A stretch of 64,000 bases of DNA, taken from positions 59,522,001-59,586,000 of the forward strand of contig NC_058368.1 of NCBI RefSeq assembly GCF_018350175.1, in the 5' to 3' direction. Origin of the DNA: Felis catus. Lineage: Eukaryota. A program made the position numbers and the translations under genes. Below the pieces are notes generated by a model, which made no database searches, had not been told where the DNA came from, and saw only the letters and a program-made list of their open reading frames with translations. Below, piece by piece: positions 51,599-64,000 of this stretch (position 1 is the stretch's first letter; every line of letters begins with the position of its first letter).

Positions 51599-51966
51599 TG
51601 TCTGAGAGCAGAGCTGTTGACTTTTAACATTCCAGATATTAAGTTCCTCTGGCTGTCAGAACTCACACAGTCTGGCCCCTCAGCTTTTGCAATCCAGACT
51701 TCGGGGGCTCTGCCTTGCTGGGTGGGATGCCCCTCCATGGCCCTGGCTCCCTCCGGCCAGTCCATATAGCATGCACCGCCTCTCCACACTTCCTACCCTC
51801 TTCCGTGGGCCTTTTGTCTATGCTTGGCTCCAGAGAGTCCGTTCTGCTAGTCTTCTGGAAGTTTTCTGGGTTATTTAGGCAGATATGGGTGGAATCTAAG
51901 TGATCAGCAGGACAAGGTGAGTCCAGCGTCCTCCTATGCTGCCATCTTCCTCCTATCCCCTGTTTC
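45047..51966 (-). mobile_element. Full-length felid L1 of intermediate age, disrupted, with a nested L1
   Basis: Collinear with the 23710-29703 element; 16-bp TSD tatcattgacttcttt at 45031-45046 and 51967-51982; many frameshifts, CpG decay, ORF2 ATG->ATA at 50016-50018. Confidence 0.96.
48908..49845 (-). mobile_element. 5'-truncated young L1 nested in the EN-coding region of the older L1; tail converted to (TTTC)n
   Basis: 17-bp TSD tccatcccctcactttc at 48891-48907 and 49846-49862; ORF 49122..49823 is the ORF2 C-terminus. Confidence 0.96.
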
Positions 51967-52494
51967 TATCATTGACTTCTTTAGTTTATCATTAGTTGTG
52001 ATTAGTTGTGTGGATTCATACACTTCTGTGCTTTGTTTTTACGCTAAGAGACTTATTTGATGTTCTTTCCTATTACTAATTTGTTTCTTCATATTTTAGT
52101 CCCCATCTTTATAATATTTCAATTAGTCCTCATTTTATGCTAGTATATATTAAAATGTAATAAATCATTTATACTCACATTGACAAACACCTTGGAAATC
52201 TTGATCAGAAAGTAGACATTAAACATTCAACATTCAGTAAATTGCAAAAAAAAATCTTATTTCAGGTATAAATCTAATCATGGGATCACCATGGCTAAAT
52301 AATTACTAAGTACTCTGTTAACTTTGGAAAACATCAAATGTGTTCCGGTTTCTATTTCTTTCCAATTTTATCATGGGTTATTTCATGATAGGGATCATTA
52401 CTTCTTTTATATTTTTTATTCAGTTACGTTTTATCAGTACCGAGTACATGAGACATATAAAATAATCTATAACATTTAAAAATACTTTATATTA

Positions 52495-52675
52495 GGGGCA
52501 GCTAGGTAGCTCAGTCGGTTGAGCATCTGACTTTTGATTTTGGCTCGGATCCCAGGATTGAGGATTGAGCCTTGTGTTGGGCTCTATGCTGAGTGTGGAG
52601 CCTGCTTAAGATTTTCTCTCTCTCTCCCTCTGCCTGTCTCCCCTGCTTGCTCTCTCTCTCTCTCTCTCAAAATAA
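52495..52675 (+). mobile_element. Can-SINE
   Basis: Flanking direct repeat ttaaaaatactttatatta at 52476-52494 and 52676-52694. Confidence 0.94.
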
Positions 52676-53838
52676 TTAAAAATACTTTATATTATACATG
52701 GGTTTATGTAAGTGTATATATACATATGTCACATAAATACTTTTAGGTATATAATGTACAAACGTAAGAGGGAGTGTTCAGCATAAAGCAAAATCCATTG
52801 TTTACTTCTTTAATGAACAGTGATCACAGCATAAGATTGTTTTGTGAGATACATTCAATGAATTTGATTCATGAGGTGCAAAAAAATGTTGATTGTGAAT
52901 CAAAATACAGATGATATATTTTCAAATGCCTTTATTAGATTTGAAATAACATATTGTCTCCTAATAGTCTAGCAGTTAAAGGAATAAATTGTTAATGCCT
53001 TATGAAACTTCTTATAATCCAGAACACAGCTATATGTTCAAATGCTTTATTTCAGTTATTATTAAAGCCTAAGTAATGTAACATCTGTTGCATTTCTCAA
53101 TGTAGTATTTTTGTAAATACTTTTTTTGAAAAAAGAGACATTCTTTACTGAATAGTTTTCTATTTTAGTGTCTTTTATTCTGTAGTATTTTTATTATATT
53201 TATGATTTAATTAAATGAAAAGCAATTGGTTGGCTAACATGAAAGAAATGAATTTTTATGGCTGATTATGCTTGGAAGATTTTCATTAAAATAAATATCT
53301 TTATATTAGAGGAAGCATTATTAAATGTACATATTAGAAAATTTCATATGCACTAATATGCTAGTCATGCACTATACTTTTTCATGATTTAAGACATCAA
53401 TGTCAATTGGACTATTCCTTTCTCAAGCCCAACATCTATTCCTTCTATAAATACTTATTAACATCTATGAATGAAGGTCTGTTCTAGGTAAAGCCTTAGT
53501 GTTAGAAAACACCAGGTTTGATGATTAGAAACCTAGATGCATATTGAAAAACAGTGTGTGTGTTGTGGGGGAGTTTGAGAAAATAGAAAGGCAAATTGAA
53601 TTTTACATGGTTATAATGTATTTTTGGAAGAACATGGTACTTATTGAAACCACTTTTTTATATTGCTCAGCTGTTTGAAGCATAAACCAGTCTACAAAAC
53701 AGGAGGAAGTACAGATAGGTAGATTGTGTTTATGTGTGTGTGTGCGCGCATGCATGTGTTATTGTTACTATTGTTCTTTGGGGTTCCTTTCAATTATTTG
53801 GAAAGAACTCTTGGTACATTTGCACCATTTTATCTTTA

Positions 53839-54058
53839 TTATTTATTTTTAATTATTTTAATATTTATTTTATTTTTGAGAGAGACAGAGTGTGAGCAGG
53901 GGAGGGACAGAGAGGAAGGGAGACACAGAATCTGAAGCAGGCTCCAGGCTCTGAGCTGTCAGCACAGAGCCTGAAGTGGAGCTGGAACCTCCTGAACCTC
54001 AATATCATGACCTGAGCCAAAGTCAGTCGCTTAATGACTGAACCATCCAACTGCCTCA
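53839..54058 (-). mobile_element. Can-SINE
   Basis: TSD accattttatcttta at 53824-53838 and 54061-54075. Confidence 0.94.
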
Positions 54059-55077
54059 CAACCATTTTATCTTTAAAGTGTTCAGTTTACAGAGGGTGAG
54101 TACAGTTCATAAAAAATATATTCCCTCATTCTGAGACATTAAGATACAAAATTGTTTGATGTAAAAAGATTGTTGATTATGGTTGGAGCAAGGAATTCAA
54201 TTTTACTGGAGTCACTGGAACTACTAACTTATGAAATTTCAAATGCATGCATATTTTATTCTCATTCAGTGTTTCTGTTTTAAATACTCCCATACATTTT
54301 TATGAGTTATACTTTTATATTGGCTTATTATACTTTTTGTAAATTTTTCTGATTGCTAGTGATATTTATGAAAATATAAGATTCTTGCAAAGGTAATTCA
54401 CCTTTTAAGGAAATTAAAATTAATAGCAAAGGAGAGTGATGACAGTAGGTCCTATTTCAAGAAGTATTTCATTTAACATTCTTATTCTTGGCAGGCATCT
54501 ACATTTAGCATAGACTATAGAAACTATTTTTAGTTCATAGCCTATTTTCATTTTGTCAGGAAGTGATCTCAGGCATAGCCAAGAAATTAATTTAAATTCT
54601 GACATTCCCTCTCTCCTCACCTCAAATTCAAAACTGAGAATTAAACTTAACTACAAACTTATGCTTTAGTTTTTGTTTCGTTTTTAATCATTGATTTTAT
54701 ATTTTCATTCTCAGGTGTTTTTAAATATTTTAATCAATTCACAAATCTGGTTTATGATAAAAGTGTATCTCATAGCCAAAGGGTGGCAATTCATATGCTG
54801 GTAATAAAATATAATATTAATTGTATAATTATAATTATTATAATTATTATATTTTCCTATTAATAATAATTTCCATAATAATTTTCCTAAATACAGTCTT
54901 TATCTTTTTGCCCAATATGCAAGGCTGTTAGAGATAATATTGTGAATTTTAATTTTCATATGTACTTTGTCCATCTATAAACATACATCTCCTCATTAGG
55001 TCTTTCATTTCACTATTTTTTAAATTTTATTCATCATGGAATATATATTTGCTAGCTCCTTCACTCAATCAGAAATT

Positions 55078-55319
55078 ATGTTGATGGTGGTGAGCATAAC
55101 TTAAGATAAAGAGAAGTTGAATCACTGTTGTACACATGAAACTAATGTGACATTGTGGGTCAACTTATTTCACTTAGCATAATAGACTCCAGCTCCATCC
55201 ATGTTGTTCCATATGGCGAAGTTTTATTCTTTTTAACAGCTGAATAGTTTTCCATTGTATGTGTGTATGTATGTGTGTGTATATATATTTGTGTGTGTGT
55301 GTGTGTGTGTGTGGTATAC

Positions 55320-55375
<56 letters not shown>

Positions 55376-55690
55376 CTCTTCATTATCCATTCATCATTTG
55401 GTGGACATTTGGATTCTTTCCATAATTTGGCTATTGTTGATAGTGCTACTATAAACCTTGGGGTGCATGTGCCCTTTCAAATCAGTATTTTTGTATCCTT
55501 TGGATAAATACCTAGTAGTGCAATTGCTGGGTCATAAGGGAGTTTTACCTTTAACTTTCTGAGGAACCTCCACACTGTTTTCCAGCGTGGCTACACCAGT
55601 TTGTATTCCCGCCAATTGTGTAAGAGGGTTCCAATTTCTCTGCATCCAGCCAACATCTATCTGTTGCTTCCTGAGTTGCTAATTTTAGCC
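55078..55690. mobile_element. L1 fragments joined tail-to-tail (plus 3'UTR end ~55078-55165; minus ORF2 C-terminus ~55164-55690) with a (TG)/(TA) microsatellite at 55255-55372
   Basis: gttgaatcactgttgtacacatgaaactaatgtgacattgtgggtcaac joined directly to ttatttcacttagcataa. Confidence 0.8.
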
Positions 55691-56075
55691 AAATACTTTT
55701 TTTAGAGTTGTTTTTAATTATGTCAGCCAAAAGTATATGAATATAAGATCTCCAGGAAGTCATATGCTTTAGTCTCTAAAACACACATAAAATTGCTTAC
55801 TTTGTGATATTACTGTAAAAGTAAAAATAGAAATAACAATTATGAATAGAAACCTACTGTATCCCTAACTCTTTTAACAATACTTTTCAAATGTTAGCTC
55901 ATTTAATTCTCATAGATATTATAAAGTAAATAATATTGTAATTTCTATTTTGAATATAGAGACATTCAGAAATAGAAGTCAAGTGTGTTTCCAAAAGTCA
56001 CACAATCAATATCAGAATTAAAAGTGGAATCATAAAAATCTGACAAAAGAATTTCTGCCAGCAAGCACTAAGCTA

Positions 56076-57718
56076 TCAAGTTAGCCAGCCTCCATGATGG
56101 TCCCAATAATGATTGCCTCATGATAATGACATTGTGTAGTCTCCTACACTGCACCAGGGCTGATTGTCCTGTGTGACTGATGTAATATGAAAGAGATTTG
56201 GTTGCTGGAATCCCTTGCTCTGGTGGGGGCTTGCTTCCATGCTGAGATGACACTCAAGTAGCCCATAAAGATGTTCACACTGAGAGGAAATAAATCTCCT
56301 AGCAAACTGCCAGCACCACCTTGCCAAGTAGGTGAAGTTATTTCTGGGTGACTTCTGTGAATTAATTCTTCAGATGCATATATTCCTTAAAAAGAATGCA
56401 ATCCAACCGATATCTACTGTAATTCCATGGAGACCTCTAACCAGAACTTTCTAGTCAACCAACAGTAAAGTACTCAACCCACAGAAACTATATAAGACAA
56501 TCAGCAATTCTTGGTATTTCAAGCCAGCATGTTTTTTTTTAATTAATGTTTATTTATTTTGTGAAAGAGAGCTGGGAGGGGCAGAGAGAGAGGGAGAGAG
56601 AGAATCCCAACCCGGCTTCATGCTGTCAGCACAGAGCCCAACATGGGGATTGATCTCAGAAACCATGAGATCATGACCTGCGCTGAAATCAAGAGTTGGA
56701 CGTTTAACCAATTGAGCCACCCAAGCACCCCGCACCAAATGTGTTTAAAAAGTCATTTCATTATTCATCAGCAATACTTAATTACTAAGAATTATTGAGA
56801 TAAATTTCATGAATCAATGAATGTTCAAACCCCTTCAATAATCTCCATGATTATTGAATCTATCAATATGTCCACGAGGAGTCTGAATGTCTTATCCAAA
56901 TAAGATGATTCTCCAACAGATTTTTTAAAAAGATTTGGCTCACATTATGGACGTCTTTTTTTTCTTTTTCTCCTTTTTTCTTTCTTGTTTTTTTAATATG
57001 AAATTTATTGTCAAATTGGTTTCCATACAGCGCCTAGTGCTCATCCCAACAGGTGCCCTCCTCAATGCCCATCACCCACTTTCCCCTTCCCCCCACTCCC
57101 CATCAACCCTCAGTTTGTTCTCAATATTTAGGAGTCTCTTATGGTTTGCCTCCTTCCCTCTCTATAACTTCTTTTTTCCCCCTTCTGCTCCCCCATGGTC
57201 TTCTGTTAAGTTTCTCAGGATCCACATATGAGTGAAAACATATGGTATCTGTCTTTCTCTGCCTTACTTATTTCACTTAGCATAACACTCTCCAGTTCCA
57301 TCCACATTGCTACAAATGGCCAGATTTCATTCTTTCTCATTGCCAAATAGTATTCCATTGTATATATAAACCACATCTTCTTTATCCATTCGTCAGTTGG
57401 TGGACATTTAGGCTCTTTCCATAATTTGGCTATTGTTGAAAGTGCTATAACCATTGGGGTACAAGTGCCCCTGTGCATCAGCACTCCTATATCCCTTGGG
57501 TCAATTCCAAGCAGTGCTATTGCTGGGTCGTAGGGTAGACCTATTTTTAATTTTTTGAGGAACCTCCACACTATTTTCCAGAGCAGCTGCACCACTTTGC
57601 ATTCCCACCAACAGTGCAAGAGGGTTCCTGCTTGTCCACATCCTCTCCAGCATCTATAGTCGCCTGTAAGCCAGCATGTTTTAAAGAGATTTGTTATGCA
57701 GCAATAATATGTAATATA
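56076..57718 (+). mobile_element. MLT1F-like MaLR LTR split by a composite L1 insertion
   Basis: tagccagcctccatgatggtccc start; the LTR end aagccagcatgtttt-aaagagatttgttatgcagcaata resumes after the insertion. Confidence 0.75.
56536..57667 (-). mobile_element. Composite insertion: truncated L1 (56956-57667) + unique flank (56732-56955) + Can-SINE (56541-56731)
   Basis: A single 15-bp TSD aagccagcatgtttt at 56521-56535 and 57668-57682; nick site TTTT/AA. Confidence 0.93.
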
Positions 57719-58980
57719 TTTACATTCATTTCTTCTGAACCTTTCTTCCAAAACTCATTAAATTAAAAAAATCATTCTGTAAGTATATTTCTCTTCATAC
57801 AATATGGGTTAGAAGCCTAGAGATAAGTCTTCATATAATTTCATTTCTTCCTAATGACACATCTCACTCTAGTTAGCAGTGCATGCACGTTTGAATAATT
57901 GGAACTGTAGGGATTTCAGTTTCAAAGTCACAGTTCTACCAATTTATCTAATGAGTTCTAATTAAGTTGTAAATTATAACAGGAGTGAAACATGTGCTAG
58001 ATGAACGATATTACATTAGCTTCATAGAGATCACACAAAATATAATGAATATCTATGATTTTTAGGAGTTTTGAATGTAAATGCAAATTAAAGTGTGGTA
58101 TGGAAAGTCCAAAATAAGCAAAACAAAAAAAAATATTAGGGAATGGAGTCTTACATATACTGCTTATAGCTTACTTGTAAGAGAGAAGAATTTTGCCATA
58201 TTGGAACCATTTCTGACAAGTGTCATTTTTTCCTTTTACTGTTGCAAGATATTTATCATAAAAACATTGCATAACTACTTAAATGGAAATATATAGATAT
58301 AGATATCTAGATCGATAATATATAGGTATGTAATAGATAATAGATGTGTATGTAATGGATAAAATGTTATTGAACTAGTACAGAAAAGTATATTTTTGGA
58401 GTAATCAGTCTATTCTACATAAAGCATGCTTAATTAGGGAGTCCTTTTAATTGGGACTTTCCCATCTTATCAAATTGAACCTGATAACACTCAACTGTAA
58501 AGACAGGTGCTTAATTGGGATAGTAATTCTAGGTAATTGAGGTGCCTGCGGGTGATCAAGAGTAGCTGACATCAATCTGATTTCAAGATATTATGTCTTT
58601 GTAGGTATCTCCTGCTGTGCCTGTTTATTTGCTATCTAAGAATGACCTTGCCAGTGTTAAAAGAACAAATGTCGTTTTAGCACTAACCGCTCCAACTTTG
58701 GTTCCTATCTCAGTTTTTAATCACATTATAATTTTAAAATTTTCTTTCTACTACAAAATACTACATTTTATTTTATATAGGATGACTTTATCACTATTTA
58801 GCATTTCCAATTGAATATCAAGACAAATAACTAACTAACAAAACATGAAATTACTTATCATAAATCAAATATGCTCTAACACAGTGAACTATATTGTAAT
58901 AATTCATCATGTGTAAATAAATTAATTACCTTGAAAACTTTTCTTTTTTTTTTTCTTTTTTTCTTAAAGAAACACTTAGA

Positions 58981-59141
58981 GGGGTTCCTGGGTAGCTCAG
59001 TTGGTTCAGTGCTCTGACTTAGGTCATGATTTCTTGGTTTGTGAGTTCGAGCCCTGTGTCGGGCTCTGTGCTGACAGCCCGGGGTCTGGAGCCTGATTCT
59101 GATTCTGTGTCTCCCTATCTCTATACTCCTCCCTTGTTCAT

Positions 59142-59197
<56 letters not shown>

Positions 59198-59217
59198 AAA
59201 ATAAACATTTAAAAAAG
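58981..59217 (+). mobile_element. Can-SINE with long (CT)n
   Basis: SINE head, CT tract, aataaa tail. Confidence 0.93.
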
Positions 59218-60465
59218 AGGAAGTTGTCTAAATTTGAAAATATACATTTTTATTATATTTAATTATTTGAGCAATGAAACATGTAGAATTGCATTTTGTT
59301 CAGACACAGTATAGAAGCCTGCAAAGTTACAGGATGAGAGAGAATTTTCTATAAGTGAATTGCTACTTAGAGAAAATTTATTCCCTTACATCTTAGATTT
59401 TGGAATATAGTTTTTCAGTGTGAGTAATTGTGATATCCATACTTTTCCTGTTAATCAAGAAATATATTTTACAACTAAACTTAAAAAAATTAAGTCATAG
59501 AAAATATATATTAATTAATAGTAAACAAAAATTCTGCACAATTAAAGTCTCTGGAATATTTGTAGGTAAATCTTTATTATTTGGCAATGTTTAAAGTCGA
59601 AATTAAAAAAAAAATTCCCAAAGGAAAGTCTTAGCCCATTTTACTAAGCAAGAACCAAAATTGAAATAATAATAATAATAATTCCAGCAGCAGGCCGTAG
59701 AACATGGCACCAAGCCTGTGTACCAGGAGACCCAGCACCATGTCATCTGTCAGCAGACCCAGGAAACAAACTTCTCCAGAGTCTCTAACTAGATTGGTGA
59801 AAAGCTTTCTTTGATGAAGTCTGTCTGTAAAGACTAGAAGAGGCAACTACTTCAAGTCCAGGATCACAATGCAGGACCATGAGGAACATGAAGAATCAGG
59901 GAAACATGAAATCATGACAGCAACAAAATAAGCTCCAGTAACTATTCATAAAGGAAATGGAGAGCTATGAACTTCTCAGCGAATAATTCAAAATAATCAC
60001 ATGAAATCCAGTGAGATACCAAAAAAACACATTTAGGCATCTAAACAAAATCAGGAGAACAATACATAGATAAAATGAAAAGTTTAACAAAGAGAACTAA
60101 ACAAATTCTAGACCTGAAATACAAGGACTGAAATTTTTTTAAAAAATCACTAAAAAGTTTCAACAGCAAACTTTTGATAAAGCTGAGGGATCAGCAAACT
60201 CAAAGAGGAGTTGTCTGAAATTACCCAGTTGGAGAAACAGAAAAAGAAAAAAAAAAACTTGAAAAAAGAGGGAAGAAGGCTACAGAACTTTTAGGTAGTC
60301 ATTGAATGGACCAACACATTCATTACAAGAGTCCAAGAAGGAAAAAAGGAAGAGATAGGCACAGAAAGCTTATTTAAAGAAAATGACCAACAACTTCACA
60401 AATTAGGGGACAGAAATGGACAACCAGATTCATGAATCCCAAATTAATAAAAATATGATAAATCT

Positions 60466-60685
60466 GGAGCACCTTGGCTGCTCAGTCGGTTAAATGTCCG
60501 AATCTTGGTTTCGGCTCAGGTCATGATCTCACAGTTCATGAGCTCAAGCCCTGCATTGGGCTCTGCGCTGACAGCACAGACCTGCTTGGGATTCTGTCTC
60601 CCTCTATCTCTGCCCCTCCCCTGCTTGCTCTCTCTTCCTCTCAAAAATAAATAAATAAACATTACAAAAATAAAAATAAATATAT
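60466..60685 (+). mobile_element. Can-SINE inside L1 ORF1
   Basis: SINE head, CT tract, aataaa tail. Confidence 0.92.
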
Positions 60686-61729
60686 TATAAATAAGTGAAG
60701 TCTATACTAAGACACATTATAATCAAATTGGTTATTTCAAAATATAATCAAAATTAATAAACATTTAGCTAGACTAAGACAAATACTCAGAATAAAATTT
60801 AAAAATGGAAGAAGAGACATTACAATGTTACAAAAATTTAAAAATTGTAAAAGATTATTATGAACAGTTGTATGCCAGTAACTTGAACAGCCTAGAATAA
60901 ATAAGTTCCTAAAAATGTCCAACTAACCAACACTGATTGATGAGAAAGTAGAACACTGGAACAGACCAATAATGAGTAATGATATTGAATCAGTCTTCAA
61001 ATAATTCCCAAAAAAGAAAAAATCATGGATTAGATGGCTTTACAATTTTACTGAGCATTGAATGAGAAATTAATACCAATTCTTTTTAAACTCTTCTAAA
61101 CATAGAAAGAACACTTCTTAACTTATTTTATAAGGCCAGCATCACCTTGATATCAAAGCCATACTGTGCCAACAAATTAAAACTATAAATCAATATCCCT
61201 GGTTAACATGGATAAAAGTCAATAAAATATTAGCAAAACGAATTCCTTAGCACATTAAAAGTTTCATGACCAATCATCCCTTGGATGCAATGATGGTTGA
61301 ATACATGCAAATCAAACAATGTGACATACTACATTAATAGAGCTAAATATAAAAATCACATGCTCATCTCAATGGATATAAAAATGCATTTGAAATCAAC
61401 ATCCTTTCATACTAAAATTATTTACAAACTAGGTATAGAAAGAATCTATCTCAACATAATAAAGGCCAGGTATGACTAACCCACAGTTAACCTCATGCTT
61501 AGTGGTGAAAATCTAAAAGCTTTATGTTTAAGATTAGGAACAAGTGAAGGATACCCACTCTTATGGCTTCTATTCAAGGTAATAGTGGAAGTGCTAAGTA
61601 GAGCAATTATGTAAGAAAGATAAATAAAAGGCATCTAAGCCAGTAAGGAGGAAGTACAATTATCTCTGTTTGCAGATGGTATGATCTTATATGCAGAAAA
61701 TCCTAAAAACTCCACACTCATGTGCATGT

Positions 61730-61771
<42 letters not shown>

Positions 61772-62206
61772 ACCTATTATAATTAATAAACTAATTCAAT
61801 AAAGTTGTAGGACATATAAATCTATAAAGATCAGGTGTATTTCTATGCACTAACAACAAACCATCCTAAAAGGAAATTAAGAAAAAAAAATCAGTTTAAA
61901 AATAGCATCAAAAACAATAAAATACTTAGGAATAAATTTAACCAAGGAGGTGAAAGACTTATACATTGAAAACTATGAAACACTGATAAAGGAAACTGAA
62001 GCAGATGCAAATAAATGGAAAAAGTCCCACGTTCATGTATTGGGAAATTAATATTGTTACAATGTCCACACCATGCAAAGTGATCTACAGATTCACTACA
62101 GTCTCTACTATCCCAGTGGTACTTTTGTTTTTTTACAGAAATAGGAAAAAAAATCCTAAAATTCATACAGAAATGCAAGAAACCCAGAATAGCCAAAGCA
62201 ACTTTT

Positions 62207-62424
62207 TAATTTTTATTTTTTAAATGTTTATTTATTTATTTTGAGAGAGAGAGGGAGAGCATACATGTATGTGAGTGGGAGAGAGGCAGAAAGAGAATCC
62301 CAAACAGGCTCTGCACTGTCAGCACAGAGCCCGACATGGGACCCAGTTTCACAAACCCTAAGATCATGACCTGAGCTCAAATCAAGGGTCAGATACTTAA
62401 CCGACTGAGCCACCTGGGCTCCCG
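62207..62424 (-). mobile_element. Can-SINE inside L1 ORF2
   Basis: Degenerate TSD gccaaagcaactttt/gtcaaagaaatttt. Confidence 0.92.
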
Positions 62425-63805
62425 GTCAAAGAAATTTTAAGCAAGAAAAGCAAAGCTGGAATCCTCATAGCTCTTGATTTTAAAATATATTACAAAGCTA
62501 GAGAAACCAGAAGAGTATGGGATTGTCATAAAAAACAGATATATTGACCAGTGGAACAAAATAAAGATCCCAGAAATAAGCCCATAATAAATTGATTTTT
62601 GAAAGGGGTGTCAATAATACACAATGGAATTGTCTCTTTAATAAATAGAAGCTGGGAAAACTGAACTTTTATAGGCAGAAGAATGGAATTAGGCTTTATC
62701 TTACACCATTCATAAGAAAACCAAGACATGCGTGCATAAAAATCCTAGACAAAAATCTAGGGAAAAATTTCTTGACATTGTCTTGGACTATGTTTTCATT
62801 GATATGACATCAAAATCACAAGTAACATAGGTAAAAATAGACAAGTAGAATTACATCAAACCAAAAAGCTTTTGCACAGCCAAAGAAACAATCAAGAAAT
62901 TAGAAAGGCAACCTATGGAATAGTAGAAAATACTTGAAATCTGTATATCTGGTAAGGGTTTAATATTAAAAATATAAAAAGAATTCCTACAACTCAATAA
63001 AAAGTTGAAAATGGGCATAGGAACTAAATAAACATTGCTCCATAGAAGACATAAAAATGGTCAACAAGTTTATGTAAAGGTGCTTAAAATAACTAATTAT
63101 TAGGGAAAAGTAAAAACCACAATGAGATATCACCTCGCACATATTAGGATGGCTATCAAAAAATAACACAATGATGGTGAGGATGTAGAAAAGTATCTTT
63201 GTGCATACCTTGTTGGTGCAAATGTAAATTAGTACAGCCATTATAGAAAACAGTATGGAGGATTCTCAAAAAATTAGAACTTCCATGTTATCCAGCAATC
63301 CAACTTCTGAGTGTATCTGAAGGAACATAATCACTATCTGGAACAGACATCTGCACCCCATGTTCATCGCAGCATTATAAACAATAGCCAAGAAATGGAA
63401 GCAACATAAATGTCCATTGACAGATGATAGAGTGTGGTATATACATACAATGGAATATTGCAATCTTTAAAAAGAAGAAAATCCTGCCATTTATAATGAC
63501 ATGGATAAACTTGAAAGACATTATGCTAACTGAAACAGACCAGACATAGAAGGACAAACACTACATGGTACCACTCATAGGCAGAATCTAAATAATCAGA
63601 AGCAAACAGTGGGATTGTGTTTGCTAGGGACTGGAGAAAGAGAGAAACAAGGGAGGTATTAGCAAAGGGTCTAAAGTTCTGGTTACAAAATGAATAAATC
63701 TTAAAAATCTACTGTCCAACATAGTGCCTATAATTAAAAATACTATATGCTATCCTGAAATATTTGCTAAGAAGGTGGATTTTGTATTAAATGTTCTCAT
63801 CACAG

Positions 63806-64000
63806 AGGTGCCTGGTGGCTCAGTCTTACTTAAGTGTCTCACTCTTGATTTCTGCTCAGGTCATGATTTCATAGTTCGTGAGTTTGAGCCCTGCATTGGG
63901 CTCCGTGCTGACAGTGCAGAGCCTGCTTGGGATTCTCTCTCTCCCTCTGTCTGCCCTTCCTCCACTTGTGCTCTCTGTTTCTCAAAATAAATAAACTTTA
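63806..64000 (+). mobile_element. Can-SINE at the window edge
   Basis: ggtgcctggtggctcagtc head, aataaa tail. Confidence 0.92.

Larger units (their letters stand above)
59690..63805 (+). mobile_element. Old L1 (L1MA-like) with ORF1 remnant, large internal deletion, ORF2 RT to 3'UTR
   Basis: ORF1 RHIIIKL at ~60710-60731; intact tttgcagatggtatg FAD motif region ~61669; 3'UTR to ~63805; (CA)n at 61731-61772. Confidence 0.85.

Overview
Mammalian nuclear DNA, almost certainly felid (cat-type Can-SINEs, carnivore/felid-type LINE-1). It is AT-rich and repeat-dense, consistent with intergenic DNA or a deep intron; I found no credible host exon, and every long ORF in the track comes from L1. Main contents: three full-length, minus-strand, inactivated L1s of different ages (23710-29703, 45047-51966 with a younger L1 nested inside, ~36720-44181); an older plus-strand L1 (~59690-63805); several truncated L1s; about 22 Can-SINEs; MaLR/ERVL relics; and a 304-bp ERV1-type solo LTR. 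I see no evidence for a new multi-gene system. The most interesting signals are retrotransposition footprints readable from target-site duplications (TSDs): three independent L1 3' transductions, one carrying a whole SINE; a natural FADD->FAAD RT-dead mutation; a 32-bp patch with 7 substitutions and 3 stop codons; a twin-priming-type inversion; and stepwise shortening of the L1 inter-ORF spacer. Family names are from memory, not a database search, and the boundaries of old elements are approximate.
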